Below are positions 27,401 through 40,959 of a stretch of DNA of 64,000 nt, in pieces (positions within the stretch are counted from its first letter, which is position 1; each line of letters starts with the position of its first letter). This stretch comes from Scyliorhinus canicula (lineage: Eukaryota). The stretch lies in assembly GCF_902713615.1 (NCBI RefSeq), contig NC_052147.1:259256886-259320885 (forward strand), given 5' to 3'. The notes below the pieces were generated by a model, which saw only the letters and a program-made list of their open reading frames with translations, was not told the DNA's origin and did not search any database. Both the position numbers and the translations under genes were made by a program.

Positions 27401-29760
27401 TAGAGTGGACGTTCAGAGACTATTTCCTCGGGTGGATGTAGCTGTTACAAGGGGGCATAACTACAAGATTCAGGGTGGGAGATATAGGAGGGATATACGA
27501 GGTAGGTTCTTTACTCAGAGAGTGGTTAGGGTGTCGAATGGACTGCCTGCTGTGATAGTGGAGTCGGACACTTTACAAACTTTCAAGCGGTTATTAGATA
27601 GGCACATGGAGCACACCAGAATGACAGGGAGTGGGATAGCTTGATCTTGGTTTCGGACACTGCTCGGCACAACATCGAGGGCCAAAGGGCCTGTTCTGTG
27701 CTGTACTGGTCTATGTTCTGTGTTCTATGAAAGTCCAAATATACCACATCGACTGGTTCCCCCTTGTCAACTGTATTGCTTATATCTTCAATGAATTCCA
27801 ACAGATTTATCAAGCATGATTTCCACTTCATAAATCCATGCTGACTCTGACTGATCCTGCCACTGCTTTCTAAATGTTCCGCTATAAAGTCCTTGATAAT
27901 GGATTGAAGAATTTTCCCCACAACCGATGTTAGGCTCACTGGACTATAATTCCCTGCTCTCTCTCTACCTCCCTTTTTAAATATTGGAGTGACATGAGCT
28001 ACCCTCCAATCTACAGGACTGTTCCAGAGTCTATAGAATCTCGGAAGATGACCACCATAGCATCCACTATTTCCAGAGCCACCTCCTTAAACACTCTGGG
28101 ATGCAGATTCTCAAGCCCTGGGGATTTATCCACCTTCATTCCCATCAATTTTCCCAGCACCATTTCTCGAATAATGTTGATCTCCCTCAGTTCTTCCCTC
28201 TCACTAAACCTTTCATTCTCCAACGTTTTTGGTATCTGATTTGTGTCCTCTTTTGTGAAGACAGAACCAAAGTATGTATTTAATTACTCAGCCATTTCTT
28301 TGTCCCTTATTATGCATTCCCCTGTTTCTGTCTGCAGGGGGGCTACGTTTGTCTTTACCAATCTCTTTCTCTGCACATATCTACAGAAACTCTTAGTGTC
28401 AGTCTTTATTTTCCCTGCAAGCTTCCTTTCGTACTGTACTTTCCCCTTCTTAATCAATCCCTTTGTCCTTCTTTGCTGAATTCTAAACTGCTCCCAATCC
28501 TCAGACCTATTATTTTTCTTGGCCAATCTGTATGCTTCTTCCTTGGATCAGATACTATTTCTAATTTATTTTGTAAGCCATGGATTGGCCCTCTTACCCA
28601 TTTTGCGTTTGTGCCAGACAGGAATGAACAGTTGCTGCAGTTCTCCCATGCGTCCTTGAATGTTTGCCTATCCACTGTCATCCCTTTAATAACTCTCCCC
28701 AATCTATCAAGGCCAACTCACGCCTCAGATCTTCATAGTTCCCTTTATTAAGATTCAGCACCCTAGTCTCCGAATCAACTACTTCAGTCTCCATCTTGGT
28801 ACAAACTTCTATCATGTTATGGTCGCTCATCCCCAAGGGGTCTCGCACAGCCAGATTGGCAATGATTCTCTTCTCATTGCACAGTACCCATGGGCTCTTA
28901 TATATATTAAGTAGTGTTTTGTGTCGTATCTTATCAAACACATTTCGGAAATTCAAATATATTATATCCACTGGTTCCCCTTCATCTATCCTGCTCGTTA
29001 TCACCTCAAAGAACTCTAATGAGTTTGTCAGGCATGATTTCCCCTTCCTCTCTCTGTTCATGAGGTACCCGGGGGGAGTCTCCCTATTAAGGGAGTGCAG
29101 GGGGGACGAGGGGGGGGGGGGGCGGTGGCATGGGGTGGCATGGGGCAGGATGGTCTGGCAGAGGAGGGGTGGGCTGGTTGTGCATTATGCAGGCAGGGGG
29201 AGGGTGGTCCTCAGATGAACTTTGGGGCCGATCCCTCTAAGGAGTTACCCCTTGTCCTTCCGTGAGGTCCATCACATCACAGCCATGCTGGTAGCACCCA
29301 CAACTGATCCGCGCCCACGTGATTCCCGGCCCGGGGGACTGGAGAATCATGGACTGCTGGTGCATAGGATGCCGGGCCCACTAAATTAAAACCCATTTAC
29401 ATTCATTTACATGCATCCACTGGCGTGCTGTCATGGACCCCAATACCCCAGTGGGTGGGGGGATGGGGCCAGTACATCACGTTTGGATTGGCGCCTTCCG
29501 ACATCTGCCGCTGATCCCGATTTTGCGATTCTCTGCCTCATCGCAGACCCCAATACTGGGGTTGGTCAATGGAGAATCTACCCCGAAGCATTTGTTTTAC
29601 TCCTCTGCCATTTCCTGGTTCCCCATTATCATTTCCCCAGTCTTATTCTCAAAGGGGCCTATGATCAGTTATATATGTAAAGAAGCTCTTGCTATCCATT
29701 TTGATATTACTTGCTAGATTTTCCTCATATTTTATCTTCACCATTTTAATTATTTTTTTG
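24495..29760 (-). mobile_element. Cluster of nested CR1 LINEs: outer minus copy, second minus copy about 25530-28885, plus copy 26694-27727; GC-rich MITE remnant about 29050-29585
   Basis: Repeated RT motifs ([34 protein letters not shown]), three separate tails; TSD TGAAAGTC around the plus copy at 26686-26693 and 27728-27735. Confidence 0.88.
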
Positions 29761-30456
29761 GTCAACACATACATTTTTATAAATTTTAATCAAAGCAGTT
29801 CTAGAAACTGGTTGATCATTTGATGAATAGTCTGGTCAATTGACAGGCTTTTATCAATCCGTAAACCATAGGAATAATTTTCTATAGCCACACATCTGTC
29901 ATGAAACATTGTAGATGTAAATTGGTTCAACGACAAAGCAGTAACCCTGATAATTGCTCTTGCCCTGTTGCTATGAAACGGTGCCTCCTATGTGTCCTTT
30001 GCCTTTACATTTGCTGAGAGGATGATTCAAGGCTGTTGTATGCTTTCCTGTCTCTGGTCTTCATTATGTGCGTAACTGGAAAAATATATTATAGGCTGCG
30101 TTGATCTCAGGGAAATCACTATTTGTCTGAGCACCGAATGCTATTTGAAGAGATTCCAGACAATAAAGCACACTATGCACTTAACATGGGGTTTTTAATC
30201 GGTTTTATAGATTTATGTTACAATATAAATAAGAAAGGAATGGTCTGAAGATGAAAGCTAACTGTGTGTAAATCAATAACACCTTACAACTGGAATCCTA
30301 AGTGGGGCTTACCTTGTCTGATGTTGTGCTTGCAACCACCTGAAGTAATGTAGTGTAAAAGAATGATCGCGTTTTCAGAAAATATGACAGTGACGTATAT
30401 CCGTGTCTTTATTTAGCGAATTCAAAATTCAGTAATTCTGTTATTGGGAAAACCAC

Positions 30457-30934
30457 GGGCGCGATTCAACGGAAACATTTCAATGTCCAGTATTGGGCAC
30501 GTTTGGCGGGGTGTTTCTCGATTACCGTAATGCCGAGATCGTGGCCCATGTTCAACAGCACCTAGTGCCAGAAATGAGCCTCACACGGGATTCTGGACAT
30601 TATTGGCTGCCTTACCGACTGGTTCACCTTCCTCGGGCCTCAGCAACTTGCCGCTAATAAGGAGCAGCTCACCACTCATTCCTAGTCAACACAGAAGCAT
30701 GGCGGCGCGCAGACCTATTCCTTGCTTTGGGGATAGCATTGTCTGGTCAGGCTTCTCGATGCCATGGGTGAGAGGTGGGTCACGCTCTTCCACCAAAGGG
30801 GTGGGAGGACCAGTAGCAGGGTCCACAATGCCACCTGGGAGGTAGTGGCTGTCAGTTCGAGCAACATAACCAAGAGGACTGCCGTCCAATTTAGGAAGAA
30901 GACAAATGACCTCCAATGAGCTGCCAGGGTAAGT
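30457..30934 (+). mobile_element. Harbinger DNA transposon left end with a decayed Myb/SANT-like DNA-binding exon (30699-30928)
   Basis: TIR GGGCGCGATTCAAC; MAARRPIPCFGDS/LVRLLDAMGERWVTLF...ATWEVVA...KRTAVQFRKKTNDLQ*AAR followed by donor gtaagt. Confidence 0.75.
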
Positions 30935-31302
30935 TACCACCTCTTTCCTGGCATCAGTTTGGAAAGTCCCACTTTGGATTTCAAGATTTTGCTGTTATCT
31001 GATCTACATCAGGGCAGGCTACCTAGAGTTGACCTCAACAACCTGGGTTAGGAAGTGGAAAGTTGCCCAGATTATTCTTTCTCCTGATTGCCGTCTGTTG
31101 AATTTCCATATCTGGTGGTTTAGTGAAGAGGGGTTTGGGCATTGATGTCTCCTGCAGTGAATATTTTGTTGCCACTTTGTGACTGAGGTGCACACACAGA
31201 TAATGGCTGCTCAGAAGATGTACTGAACCCCCCCCCCAAATGTTAACATCATCAGGAGAGCAGGGGAGGAAGGTTTGGAAGAAGGGAGAAAGTGAATGAT
31301 TT

Positions 31303-31518
31303 TCCGGGTTTTCCGGTTTCCTCCCACAGTCCAAAGATGTGCAGGTTAGGTGGATTGGCTATGCCAGATTGCTCCTTAGTGTCCAAAGATGTACAGATTA
31401 GGTGGAGTTACTGGGATATGGTGGTGGAGTGGGTTTGGTTGGGGTGCTCTTTTGGAGGGTCGGTACAGACTAGATGGACCGAATGGCCTCCTTCTGCACT
31501 GTAGGGATTCTATGGATT
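31303..31518 (+). mobile_element. HE1 SINE 3' portion
   Basis: End of V-domain plus CR1-like tail. Confidence 0.75.
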
Positions 31519-31906
31519 CCTCCTCCCCCCCCCCACAAGCTTCCAAGTGACAGGAACAAAGACCTTTCTCCCGTCTCCATTCCTCTGTTCCCCTCTACCC
31601 TGAAACAAAATGTTACATTTCGGCATTTAGCATGAAAGATGACACATTGGAGACATTAAAAGTATCCATTTAATTCCACGAGATCAAACCGTACCAGCAG
31701 TCAATTAGCTATTTTAAAAACGTTAATACATTGTGGTTTTAACTCCAGTAGCCTTACATGTTCCCCCTGTTACAGAAGGGGAACATTTTGCAGGGTTATG
31801 GGGAATGTGTAAGGAAGCGAGATTAATTGCTTCTCTCTTTCAAAGAGCCATTGACAGACATGATAGGCCAGGTCATTCTACAGTGTATCCTTCTGTGAAT
31901 CTCTGA

Positions 31907-32077
<171 letters not shown>

Positions 32078-33309
32078 TAGGAGTCTCATCCAAGCTATTC
32101 CTAATAGTGTGGCAACTAATTTAGTGTGACACTGACATATGAAGTATATCTTTACTGAACTGCTAGCAACTTCGTTAAAGATAGTTTTACCAGCTCGTTT
32201 GTGAATTGAAATGTTCATTTTAAAAGATTCAGTATTCTGGATCAAAATTCCACTTGACTTGAGGGTTTTCGACCATGGGATAATTAGATAAGCCTTTGGT
32301 CACATAGCTTTGTTACGGAAGTAAATGGATTTTTGGTGTGAATATTGACGGTGCAATGCTTCTAATCAATCTCAGAGGCCTTATCAGCAAAGGTTATCAA
32401 ATCTTGAGGGTATTTGGACATAAATTAAGGGAAATCATTCTGACTTCACGCAAATCAGTGCATCGTCTTTTTTTTTAAACATTGACTGCAATTTACCATC
32501 ACCCTAACTTCAAAAGCAACAATGCATTAGAGAGGATTTAGAGAACAGTCAATACTTGGAGCTCTTAGACATCAAGAGAAGCCGAGCATATTTTCAGTGT
32601 GTAAATTAGATTGTGGAAGCATGAGCCAAGCAAAGGACAGCCAAATACATCTGGTAAAGATAATTGCATTAGACAAATCTAATAGTTTCTCTTTAATAAG
32701 AGGCTGATTGGATGGATAAAGGGAATGCAAATAACATTTGGTGGCAATAGTCTCACATAATATTTCCCTCTGCTGCATGACTCCTTGCTAGAGGGAATTT
32801 CAATGCCAATCAGTAAACATAAATTTGCTAACTCTGCATTCCATCCTTCAGCAATCTTGGTCAGCTACTGTCTGTGGTGGCTTCCCACTTGTAGTCACAC
32901 TGATTATTTTCCATCTTGCTGGCTGGAGAATTACGCAACTGTTAAACCACAAATTTTAACAGGTCCATTAAAATTTGTAAGACCTGGGGGGGGGGAGGTT
33001 CTTTGCTGCCTGCTACCGATAGCGGAGTTCCCGATGCGGTGAAGAATCTCGTATCGGAGATGAAAGAGGATCGGCGCCGGTGCTCCGGTCCCTCATTGGC
33101 GGTGGTATCAAGGTTTGCACCTCACGCCAGTGGGTGCATGCAAATGGGTCATTTAAACCCGTTTGCCATGTTGGTGGTGACTGGTGTAAGTATTTGCCAG
33201 CATGCCCTGACACAGTAGACCTCATGGTGGGCCACGGGGTAAGTACTGAAGGTAGGTTACCCCAAAGTCCATTGAAGTGCTCCCCGCACTCTCCACAATG
33301 CAAATTATG

Positions 33310-33590
33310 CCCATACCACCCCCCCCAGCCTCCTCATCAGACCCACCCCAGACTCCTCCATAAGACTTCCCCTCAGACACCCCATCAGATCCCCATCACA
33401 GAACCCTCCATATCAATGACTCCCATATCAGTGTCCTCCCATATCAGTGACCACCCATATCAGAGAACCACAATTTCAGAGACCCCCTCCTTCAGAGAGC
33501 ACTCCTCAACAGAGTACATCCCATATCAGAGAATCCCCCCATATCAGAGACTCCTTCCCATAACTGAGACTCCCCTCATCAGCCACTCCT
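33310..33590 (+). repeat. Degenerate CCCC(A)TATCAGAGA minisatellite inside a GC-rich element
   Basis: Recurrent CAGAGA(C/A)CCCC and CCCATATCAG units; similar array at 40310-40595. Confidence 0.6.
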
Positions 33591-34074
33591 GCATGGAAGC
33601 TAAAGAGCACCTTTTTCACTCACTTGCTCCTTATATCTGCTGCTTCAGGCAGAAGTGTAGAAAGCAACAGCTGTTAGAAAGGCAAAACACATCACAAAGC
33701 TTTAAATCCCCTTGGTTCGTATGATTGGCAAGGTGTCTATTCATTTTGAAAGATAAATAGCTTCAAGTAGACTGCAAGTGACAGGTAATAGCTTCCAGCT
33801 GGACAGATATCTGGATTGTTTATTTTCATTTCCATCACGCTTGAATACATCCCAGGAACCCTGTTATGAACATAACCGCAATATTTATAAACATCTAGCT
33901 ATGATTGACAGCTCCTGACCATATCAAAAGCAGTTAAATGCTTTCTGCTGAGAAAGAGAGGAAGTAAAAGCACTTAACCCGTACCAGCCTCCCCAAACAT
34001 AGGCCGGAATGTGGTGACTAGGGGCTTTTCACAGTAACTTCATTTGAAGCCAACTTGTGACAATAAGCAATTTA

Positions 34075-35215
34075 TAATTCTTTGAGGAGGTGACCAAGCA
34101 CATGGATGAAGGTAAAGCAGTGGATGTGGTGTACATGGATTTTAGTAAGGCATTTGATAAGGTTCCCCATGGTAGGCTTATGCAGAAAGTAAGGAGGCAT
34201 GGGATAGTGGGAAATTTGGCCAGTTGGATAACGAACTGGCTAACCAACAGAAGTCAGAGAGTGGTGGTGGATGGCAGATATTCAGCCTGGAGCCCAGTTA
34301 CCAGTGGCATACTGCAGGGATCAGTTCTGGGTCCTCTGCTGTTTGTGATTTTCATTATTGACTTGGATGAGGGAGTTGAAGGGTGGGTCAGTAAATTGGC
34401 AGATGATATGACGTTTGGTGGAGTTGTGGATAGTGAGGAAGGCTGTTGTCAGCTGCAAAGAGACATAGATAGGATGCAGAGCTGAGCCGAGAAGTGGCAT
34501 ATGGAATTTAACCCTGAGAAGTGTGGGGTTGTCCATTTTGGAAGGACAAATATGAATGCGGAATACAGGGTTAACGGTAGGGTTCTTGGCAATGTGGACC
34601 AGAGAGATCTTGGGGTCTATGTTCATAAATCTTTGAAAGTTGTCACTCAAGTGGATAGAGCTGTGAAGAAGTCCTATGGTGTGCTAGCGTTCATTAGCAG
34701 AGGGATTGAATTTAAGAGCCGTGAGGTGATGATGCAGCTGTACAAAACCTTGGTACGGCCACATTTGGAGTACTGTGTGCAGTTCTGGTCGCCTCATGAA
34801 TGAGGAAGGATGTGGAAGCTTTGGAAAAGGTGCAAAGGAGATTTACCAGGTATATAAAATACCAAGAAAGATTGATAAATTAAACATAGATTAAATGTTC
34901 CCCCTTGTGGGCAAGAATGAGAGGTCACAGGTATAGGTTGAGAGGCAGTAGATTTTAAACTGAGATGAGAAGTAACAGCATCTCGCAGAGGGTGGTTAAT
35001 TTGTGGAACTCGCTGCCCCATAGTGGGTGGAGTTTGAATCATTAAATGGTTTCAAGAAGGAGATAGATATATTTCTGATGCAAAACAGGTTAAAGGGATA
35101 TGGGGAACGGGCAGGGAGGTGGATTTGAGACCAGGAAGAGATTAGACATGAACAGATTGAATGAATGAGCAGGCTCAAAGGGATGAATTGCCTACTTCTC
35201 CTAATTACTATGTTC
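34075..35215 (+). mobile_element. CR1 LINE 3' portion
   Basis: [46 protein letters not shown]. Confidence 0.9.
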
Positions 35216-36512
35216 CTCAACAAACAGTCATTCAAAAAATACTCTCTTTTGTGGTCATAAAGGTGTTACGATGAATAAACGTAGTTGCGTTTGGAGTTCA
35301 GCCAGGCATTCATAATCAGATATGTTGTACAGTTATATAAACAAATGTTCCAGGACTGATGTGATTCCCATAGTGATTGAACATTTAAAAAGAAAATTGA
35401 GTTTCCTGTAAATAGCTGATAAGAATGACACATGATTTCATGTTTTTAGGTTTTTACTGTAATAGATGACCAAGGCTACTATTAACTAAGCATTATTTTT
35501 CTTATAATAGCCCTTCAGTTCAAAGGACATTGTAATGAATGGTTTAAACTATAATTTTCTTATAAGTTAAAGTACAGAAATAATATTATACCTATCATAT
35601 ATCACACAGCCCTATTGTTAATCACTGGGGGTGTAAAATGGCCACTCTCAAAGTGGAGCCCGCAAGGGTGGGAGTGATGCATGTGGGCTCACGACTGATT
35701 TATTTTCCAACACCAATCAATATAGTTGGTGGCACGAATGGGGGAAGGACAACCACCTCCATTTCCACTCACCCAGCATCAGGATGGGAAAATCTGTTTC
35801 TTCACTGATCATTCGATGCCACATCAACAATAATTTTAAGGTTTAGAAAAGCTCCCATCCAAGTAGGATTCGAGGTTATAGTAGCATGAACAGACCTAGA
35901 TACTCAATAGTGTTTTGTGCATTATTTGGGGAAAGGGTAACAGACGTGGTCAATTTATAGAGCATTGCCTGTAAGAATTGTAGGTAGCGAGACTAGTGTA
36001 GATGTAGGATGGTTAAAAATCTGCAATTTTTCTACATGATCTTTGTAATCAAGAAATGATGATGTGGATCATTTGCTCAGGCGATCTAATCAGGTAGAAG
36101 AAGTCTCTGCTGAGACAGCTGGGACGTGCTTTGTGATTGGGGAATCCTACGTCCTTTCCTTGGCCATTGCATCACTGGCTGTTTCCTTGGGAGGGTGGGT
36201 GAACTTCAACTTCCAAAATGCAGGTTGATCATGGTTAGTTGAAAGGATAGGAAGTATTGGATAGTTCATCAGGAAAGACTGCCATGTCTGTTTACAGTGA
36301 GATTACTTTACGTGTACACTGCTGGAACTAAAATTATGCTTCCTTTAACTTCTTCCCCAAGACGTGCAATGTATAATTCCTTGTCAGGATTAACTTCATT
36401 TTAAGAAGAAATTAGGTTCCTTAGCCTATTGATTTGTTTTCATTGAAACAAGATGACTAATAACCATTACCAATGCAGTGAATTTCTCTTTATAAATAAC
36501 TGCTTCTAATAG

Positions 36513-36661
36513 AGCTAAGACCATCAAGAATACTGCATCTGTCAACCTGGAGTTGACGGCAGAAGAATGGAAGAAGAAATACGAGAAGGAAAAAGAGAAA
36601 AATAAGTCCTTGAAGAATGCTCTTCAACATCTGGAGATGGAGCTAAACAGATGGCGAAATG
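36513..36661 (+). CDS. KIF5C: KIF5C exon, neck linker and neck coil: [49 protein letters not shown](G)
   Basis: taatag|AGCT ... AATG|gtaaac, 149 nt. Confidence 0.96.
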
Positions 36662-38289
36662 GTAAACTCATTAAAGTTGGATTTTATCTGAGACTATTAT
36701 CTGACACTATTAATGGATGAGAATTGGTGCTTAGTTATCTTGCTTCATATCGCAGGGTGAATTCCACAAAAAGAGAACAATTGTGTGCATGATTAGTTCA
36801 AAATAATGGGAGTCATTTAGTTTTTCCATTAATGACACATAATTTCAGATAATCCAGTGAAATCAACACTGAATTTTGATTCATTTGGTGACTCTTGTGT
36901 GGGATCTGCTATTTTAAGGGTTTCCTTCTGGCTCTAGGCAATCCCATATTATAAATATGCCTTTAAATGCCCCACTATAATCCAAAACTCAAAGTTATTT
37001 TGTTTGTACTGCAATACAAGATGCATTGCAAGGTTCCTTCAACAGCACCTCTGAAGTAAAAAACTCACCACTATTCTTAGAATTCCCCCTATTCCAAAAA
37101 GGGTCAATAAGACATTCTAAATGGTGAACAGGGATTCTCACTCCCTGACTCCTATATAGGCTTAGGTGGGTGCTATTCGGGTCAAACTATATTTTGAAGT
37201 TATCCCCGGGTGTAACCCATAGAAGATTTCATCTACTTTCCACTTCGTAGCCAGGGCCCCACGTTGCTAAGTAAGTAAAGTAGACTTTGTAATAACCACT
37301 GTTTCAGGTTAAAACTTTTAAGTTATTTTATTATTGTATTTTTCTTCTCAAAAATAAAATCACTGTCTTTATAGAAAAGTAAAAAGATCTTGCTTCTGGA
37401 TTCTCCTGGTTAGTTGAAAAGACGTTCAGGTCTACCTTGACAATCTCTCTTCTTTATCTTTTGGTTTTCTCCTGATGGATTCGCTATTCTGCTCGGTTTC
37501 TGTCTTCTATCCTTCCCATGACCGAGGGCAGCTATGAGAGCTGACTCTGCTGGCTGCTATTGATTTAGGGTTTATATTTCCCTTCTAGCAGTTATTAAGT
37601 TTATATGACATTATCGTAAAGTATCTTTGTTTTGCTCTTGATTGTTCAATGTACCTTTGATCTTAATTACTTCTAATACGACTACGCATTCATGTTGAGC
37701 ATGACTTTAGTTCATTAAACTCTGATTAAATTTTTTCCTTTGTAATGTTCAAAAGTGCTTTGATCCTAGAGGGGTGTTACATCCTGGTTCCTGTCACTTC
37801 TAAAGTTGCTTTATTATCAAATAGTGCCCTTAGCTTGTCAGAACTCTGACCCCGATTTGGGGTTAACTTGTGCTCTCATGGACACGTCATCTCCGGCTTC
37901 CCATATTCACCTGGTGTCAGCAAGATTTCACACCTAAACATTTGTCACCCAATTCAACTGAAGATCCTGGCAATTCTTTAATAACTGCTGACTAAAATAA
38001 TTAACTTCAAAGAGGTGCAAAATATTGTTCCCCTTCATGTAACTAAAAGGTCAATCTGCTTTAACTTGAAAGACATGCATCAGTTTTACAGCTTGAGCTG
38101 TTACAGGCTGTTTTCTTAACGCCTGTTTGATAAAGGCATTTCAAAACCTTCTTTTGCAGCTGCTGTTAAACCTTTGTGGGATTTTTCCCTGCATTTTCAC
38201 ATGTACCCTCCGGTCAGGTTTTGCCAGACTTCCATGTTTCAAATTACATATTTTCCCATTTTTGCGTTACACCTCGCAAACCTGTGCCC

Positions 38290-38665
38290 TCTTAACATCT
38301 CGAAGGACAAGGACAGACGATGCATGGGAACACCTTCACCTGCAAGTTCCCCTCCAAGTCACTCATCATATCGCTGCCTTGGAATCATATCGCTGTTCTT
38401 TCACTGTCGCTGGGTCAAAATCCTGGAACTCCCTCCCTAACAGCACTGTGGGTGCAGCCATTCAAAAAGATGACACCACCATCAATGGTTGGGCAGACAG
38501 GAAAGTTAAGGCTCCAATCAGATCAGCCATGGTGTTATTTAATGGAGGAACAGGTGACAAATGGCCTAATCCTGCTCCTAATTCTTATGTTCTTACTGCA
38601 CCTTCCCAAGGGCAAATAGGGGTGCGGAATAAATGCCAATCTTGCCCGTGACACTCATATTCCTT
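38290..38665 (+). mobile_element. 3' end of the LINE family seen at 61630-62340, with a CR1 tail fragment inserted
   Basis: TCACTGTCGCTGGGTCAAAATCCTGGAACTCCCTCCCTAACAGCAC is shared with the 61630-62340 element. Confidence 0.65.
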
Positions 38666-39450
38666 GACCAGGTAAAATAATTCTTGGCATCTGAATACTT
38701 ACATGGAAGTAAGTATGATGTGCTTTTGTGAAGGAGCGTATAGATACATTTCAACATTGAAATGTCCACAGTCATCCATATATTGGTGACACAGCTCCCT
38801 AATGCAGCCTGCTTATATTAAAATCCATTGTTCCCATGGATCCAACACAGTTCAAAACCTTAATGAGAAATGGTCTTGGATTCTTAAGATCTTTTATACT
38901 CGTGCAATACATTTTGAGAAACAGAACTACGGATTGAATGAAGCTGCAGTGAAGCGTTTTTGAGTAGTTAATTAAGGTTAGCATTATTTGAAGGTGATGA
39001 TTTTTTTCTAAATGATGAGCCATATTTTGTTCTATATGTCCACTGTCAAGAATTTGAATAATTGAAATACGCCATTCCGCAGGTTTGTTCAAGCATCTTT
39101 TGCATGATCCCATTGTTGAATTTAGATTTTTATTGATGAGGTCTTGCCAAACTATTGCCAAAGTAACTATAATTAAATTATTGTTCATGTTTGTCTCACT
39201 TCAGCTCATGTGCAAAAGAAATGCCACCCCATGGTCTATGTGAATTGCAACAAAATTAAATGTTTTTTCCCAGAGCAATTCAAATTCCAAAGCGATGTGT
39301 TCCCCTAGTAATTAATTTTCAAGACATAATTATAGAAATTAGTTGTCTACTGGGAAATAATAATGAATTCTTTGGCTGTGTAATGAAATTAGATACTTAT
39401 TGGATGAATGGATAAGTATTGCGAACTGGCGATTAATCAAAGTCCAATCT

Positions 39451-39675
39451 TTTTTTTAAATAAATTTAGAGTACCTCATTCATTTGTACCAATTAAGGGG
39501 CAATTTAGCATGGCCAATCCACCAAGCCTGCACATCTTTGGTTGTGGGGTTAAACCCATGCAAACACGGGAGAATGTGCAAACTCCACACGGACAGTGAC
39601 CCAGAGCCGAGATCGAACCTGAGACCTTGGTGCCGTGAGTCAGCAGTGCTATCCACTGTGCCACTGTGCTGCCCC
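39451..39675 (-). mobile_element. Short A-tailed HE1/V-SINE
   Basis: 16-bp TSD AATCAAAGTCCAATCT at 39435-39450 and 39676-39691. Confidence 0.88.
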
Positions 39676-40019
39676 AATCAAAGTCCAATCTAACTTGTGT
39701 GAAATATATGTGGCTGGATTCATGATTTGGGAAAATATGTTCTCCCGCCGGAGCTGAATCACGTCTGGTTTGCGCTACGCAGGGAGCGGCGTCCCGAAGG
39801 GATTCACTCTCCCTTGCCTTGCAAATTTATGCGTGGGGAAATCCGTCACGAATCACGCTGTTGTCCCACCATTTTGAGCGGGTGGCCCCATAACGGCTAG
39901 TAACTCTTCCCCCCTGCAAAGCAAATCCAACCCCTCCCCCATTGCCAAGTAGGGGCATCCTTTCACCCCCCTCCACGGAAAGTTTTGGATCACGCCCACC
40001 CACATGAGCATGCACTGAT

Positions 40020-40255
40020 TTTTTTTTTTTTTTTTTAACAAATTTAGATTACCCAATTATTTTTTCCAATTAAGGGGCAATTTAGCGTGGCCAATCCACC
40101 TACTATGCACATTTTTGGGTTGTGGGGGTGAAACCCACGCAGACACGGGGAGAATGTGCAAACTCCACACGGACAGTGACCCAGAGCCGGGATCGAACCT
40201 GGGACCTCAGCGCCGTGAGGCGGTTGTGCTAACCACTAGGCCACCGTGCTGCCCA
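40020..40255 (-). mobile_element. Short A-tailed HE1/V-SINE inside a GC-rich element
   Basis: Long poly(A); 14-bp TSD GAGCATGCACTGAT at 40006-40019 and 40256-40269. Confidence 0.88.
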
Positions 40256-40959
40256 GAGCATGCACTGATAAGGATGAGCTGAGCCCCCCCCCCCTCGTCT
40301 GCACCGATCTCCCATCAGAGATTCAGTACCAGATCCCGCCACCACATACCCCCATCCGAGAAACTCACCAGAGACCCCACCAGATCGCCCCTCCAGAGAC
40401 CCCGACCAGAGATCCCCACCAGAGATCCCCATCAGAGACCCCCCCCCACCAGAGACCCGCACCAGATACTCCCATCAGAATCCCCCAACCAGAGACTGCA
40501 TGAGAGACCCGACCAGAGGCCCCCATACCAGAGACTTCCCTCCACTAAAGGTCCCCACAAAAAAGACATCCCCAGTATCAGAGAATCCCCCCAAAAGGAT
40601 GGTCTGCGATAAGGTGGAAGACAAATTGAATGACAGGCCCAAAGGGAATAATGGATGGGGAAGAAAAGAAACAAATAAACAAAAGAGTGCCTCGAGCAGG
40701 CGTATTGCTACCCGAAAGTAAAAATAAAATAAAACCCTAAACATGCAAAGAAAAGGGAACAGGGTCCTCGACTGTGTCCACCATATTTCCTGCAATTCTG
40801 ATGTCACCCCTTACCCTTCCCCCAGAACCATGAGAGGGTTTTCCTTGCCCACAACCTCCACCCAATAAACATTTTTCCTACTCAGTAATGATCATATTTA
40901 ATTACCTTGGAAGTGGAATATTTTTAGAAATGGGCAATAAACAATAACGGTGGCATGTG

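Noticed and set aside
33080-33724. 214-aa Pro/Thr-rich ORF
   Set aside because: Produced by the degenerate minisatellite; no splice or homology support
37211-38105. Possible solo LTR (TGTAAC...GTTACA)
   Set aside because: No TSD and ambiguous ends; cannot be supported without a repeat library
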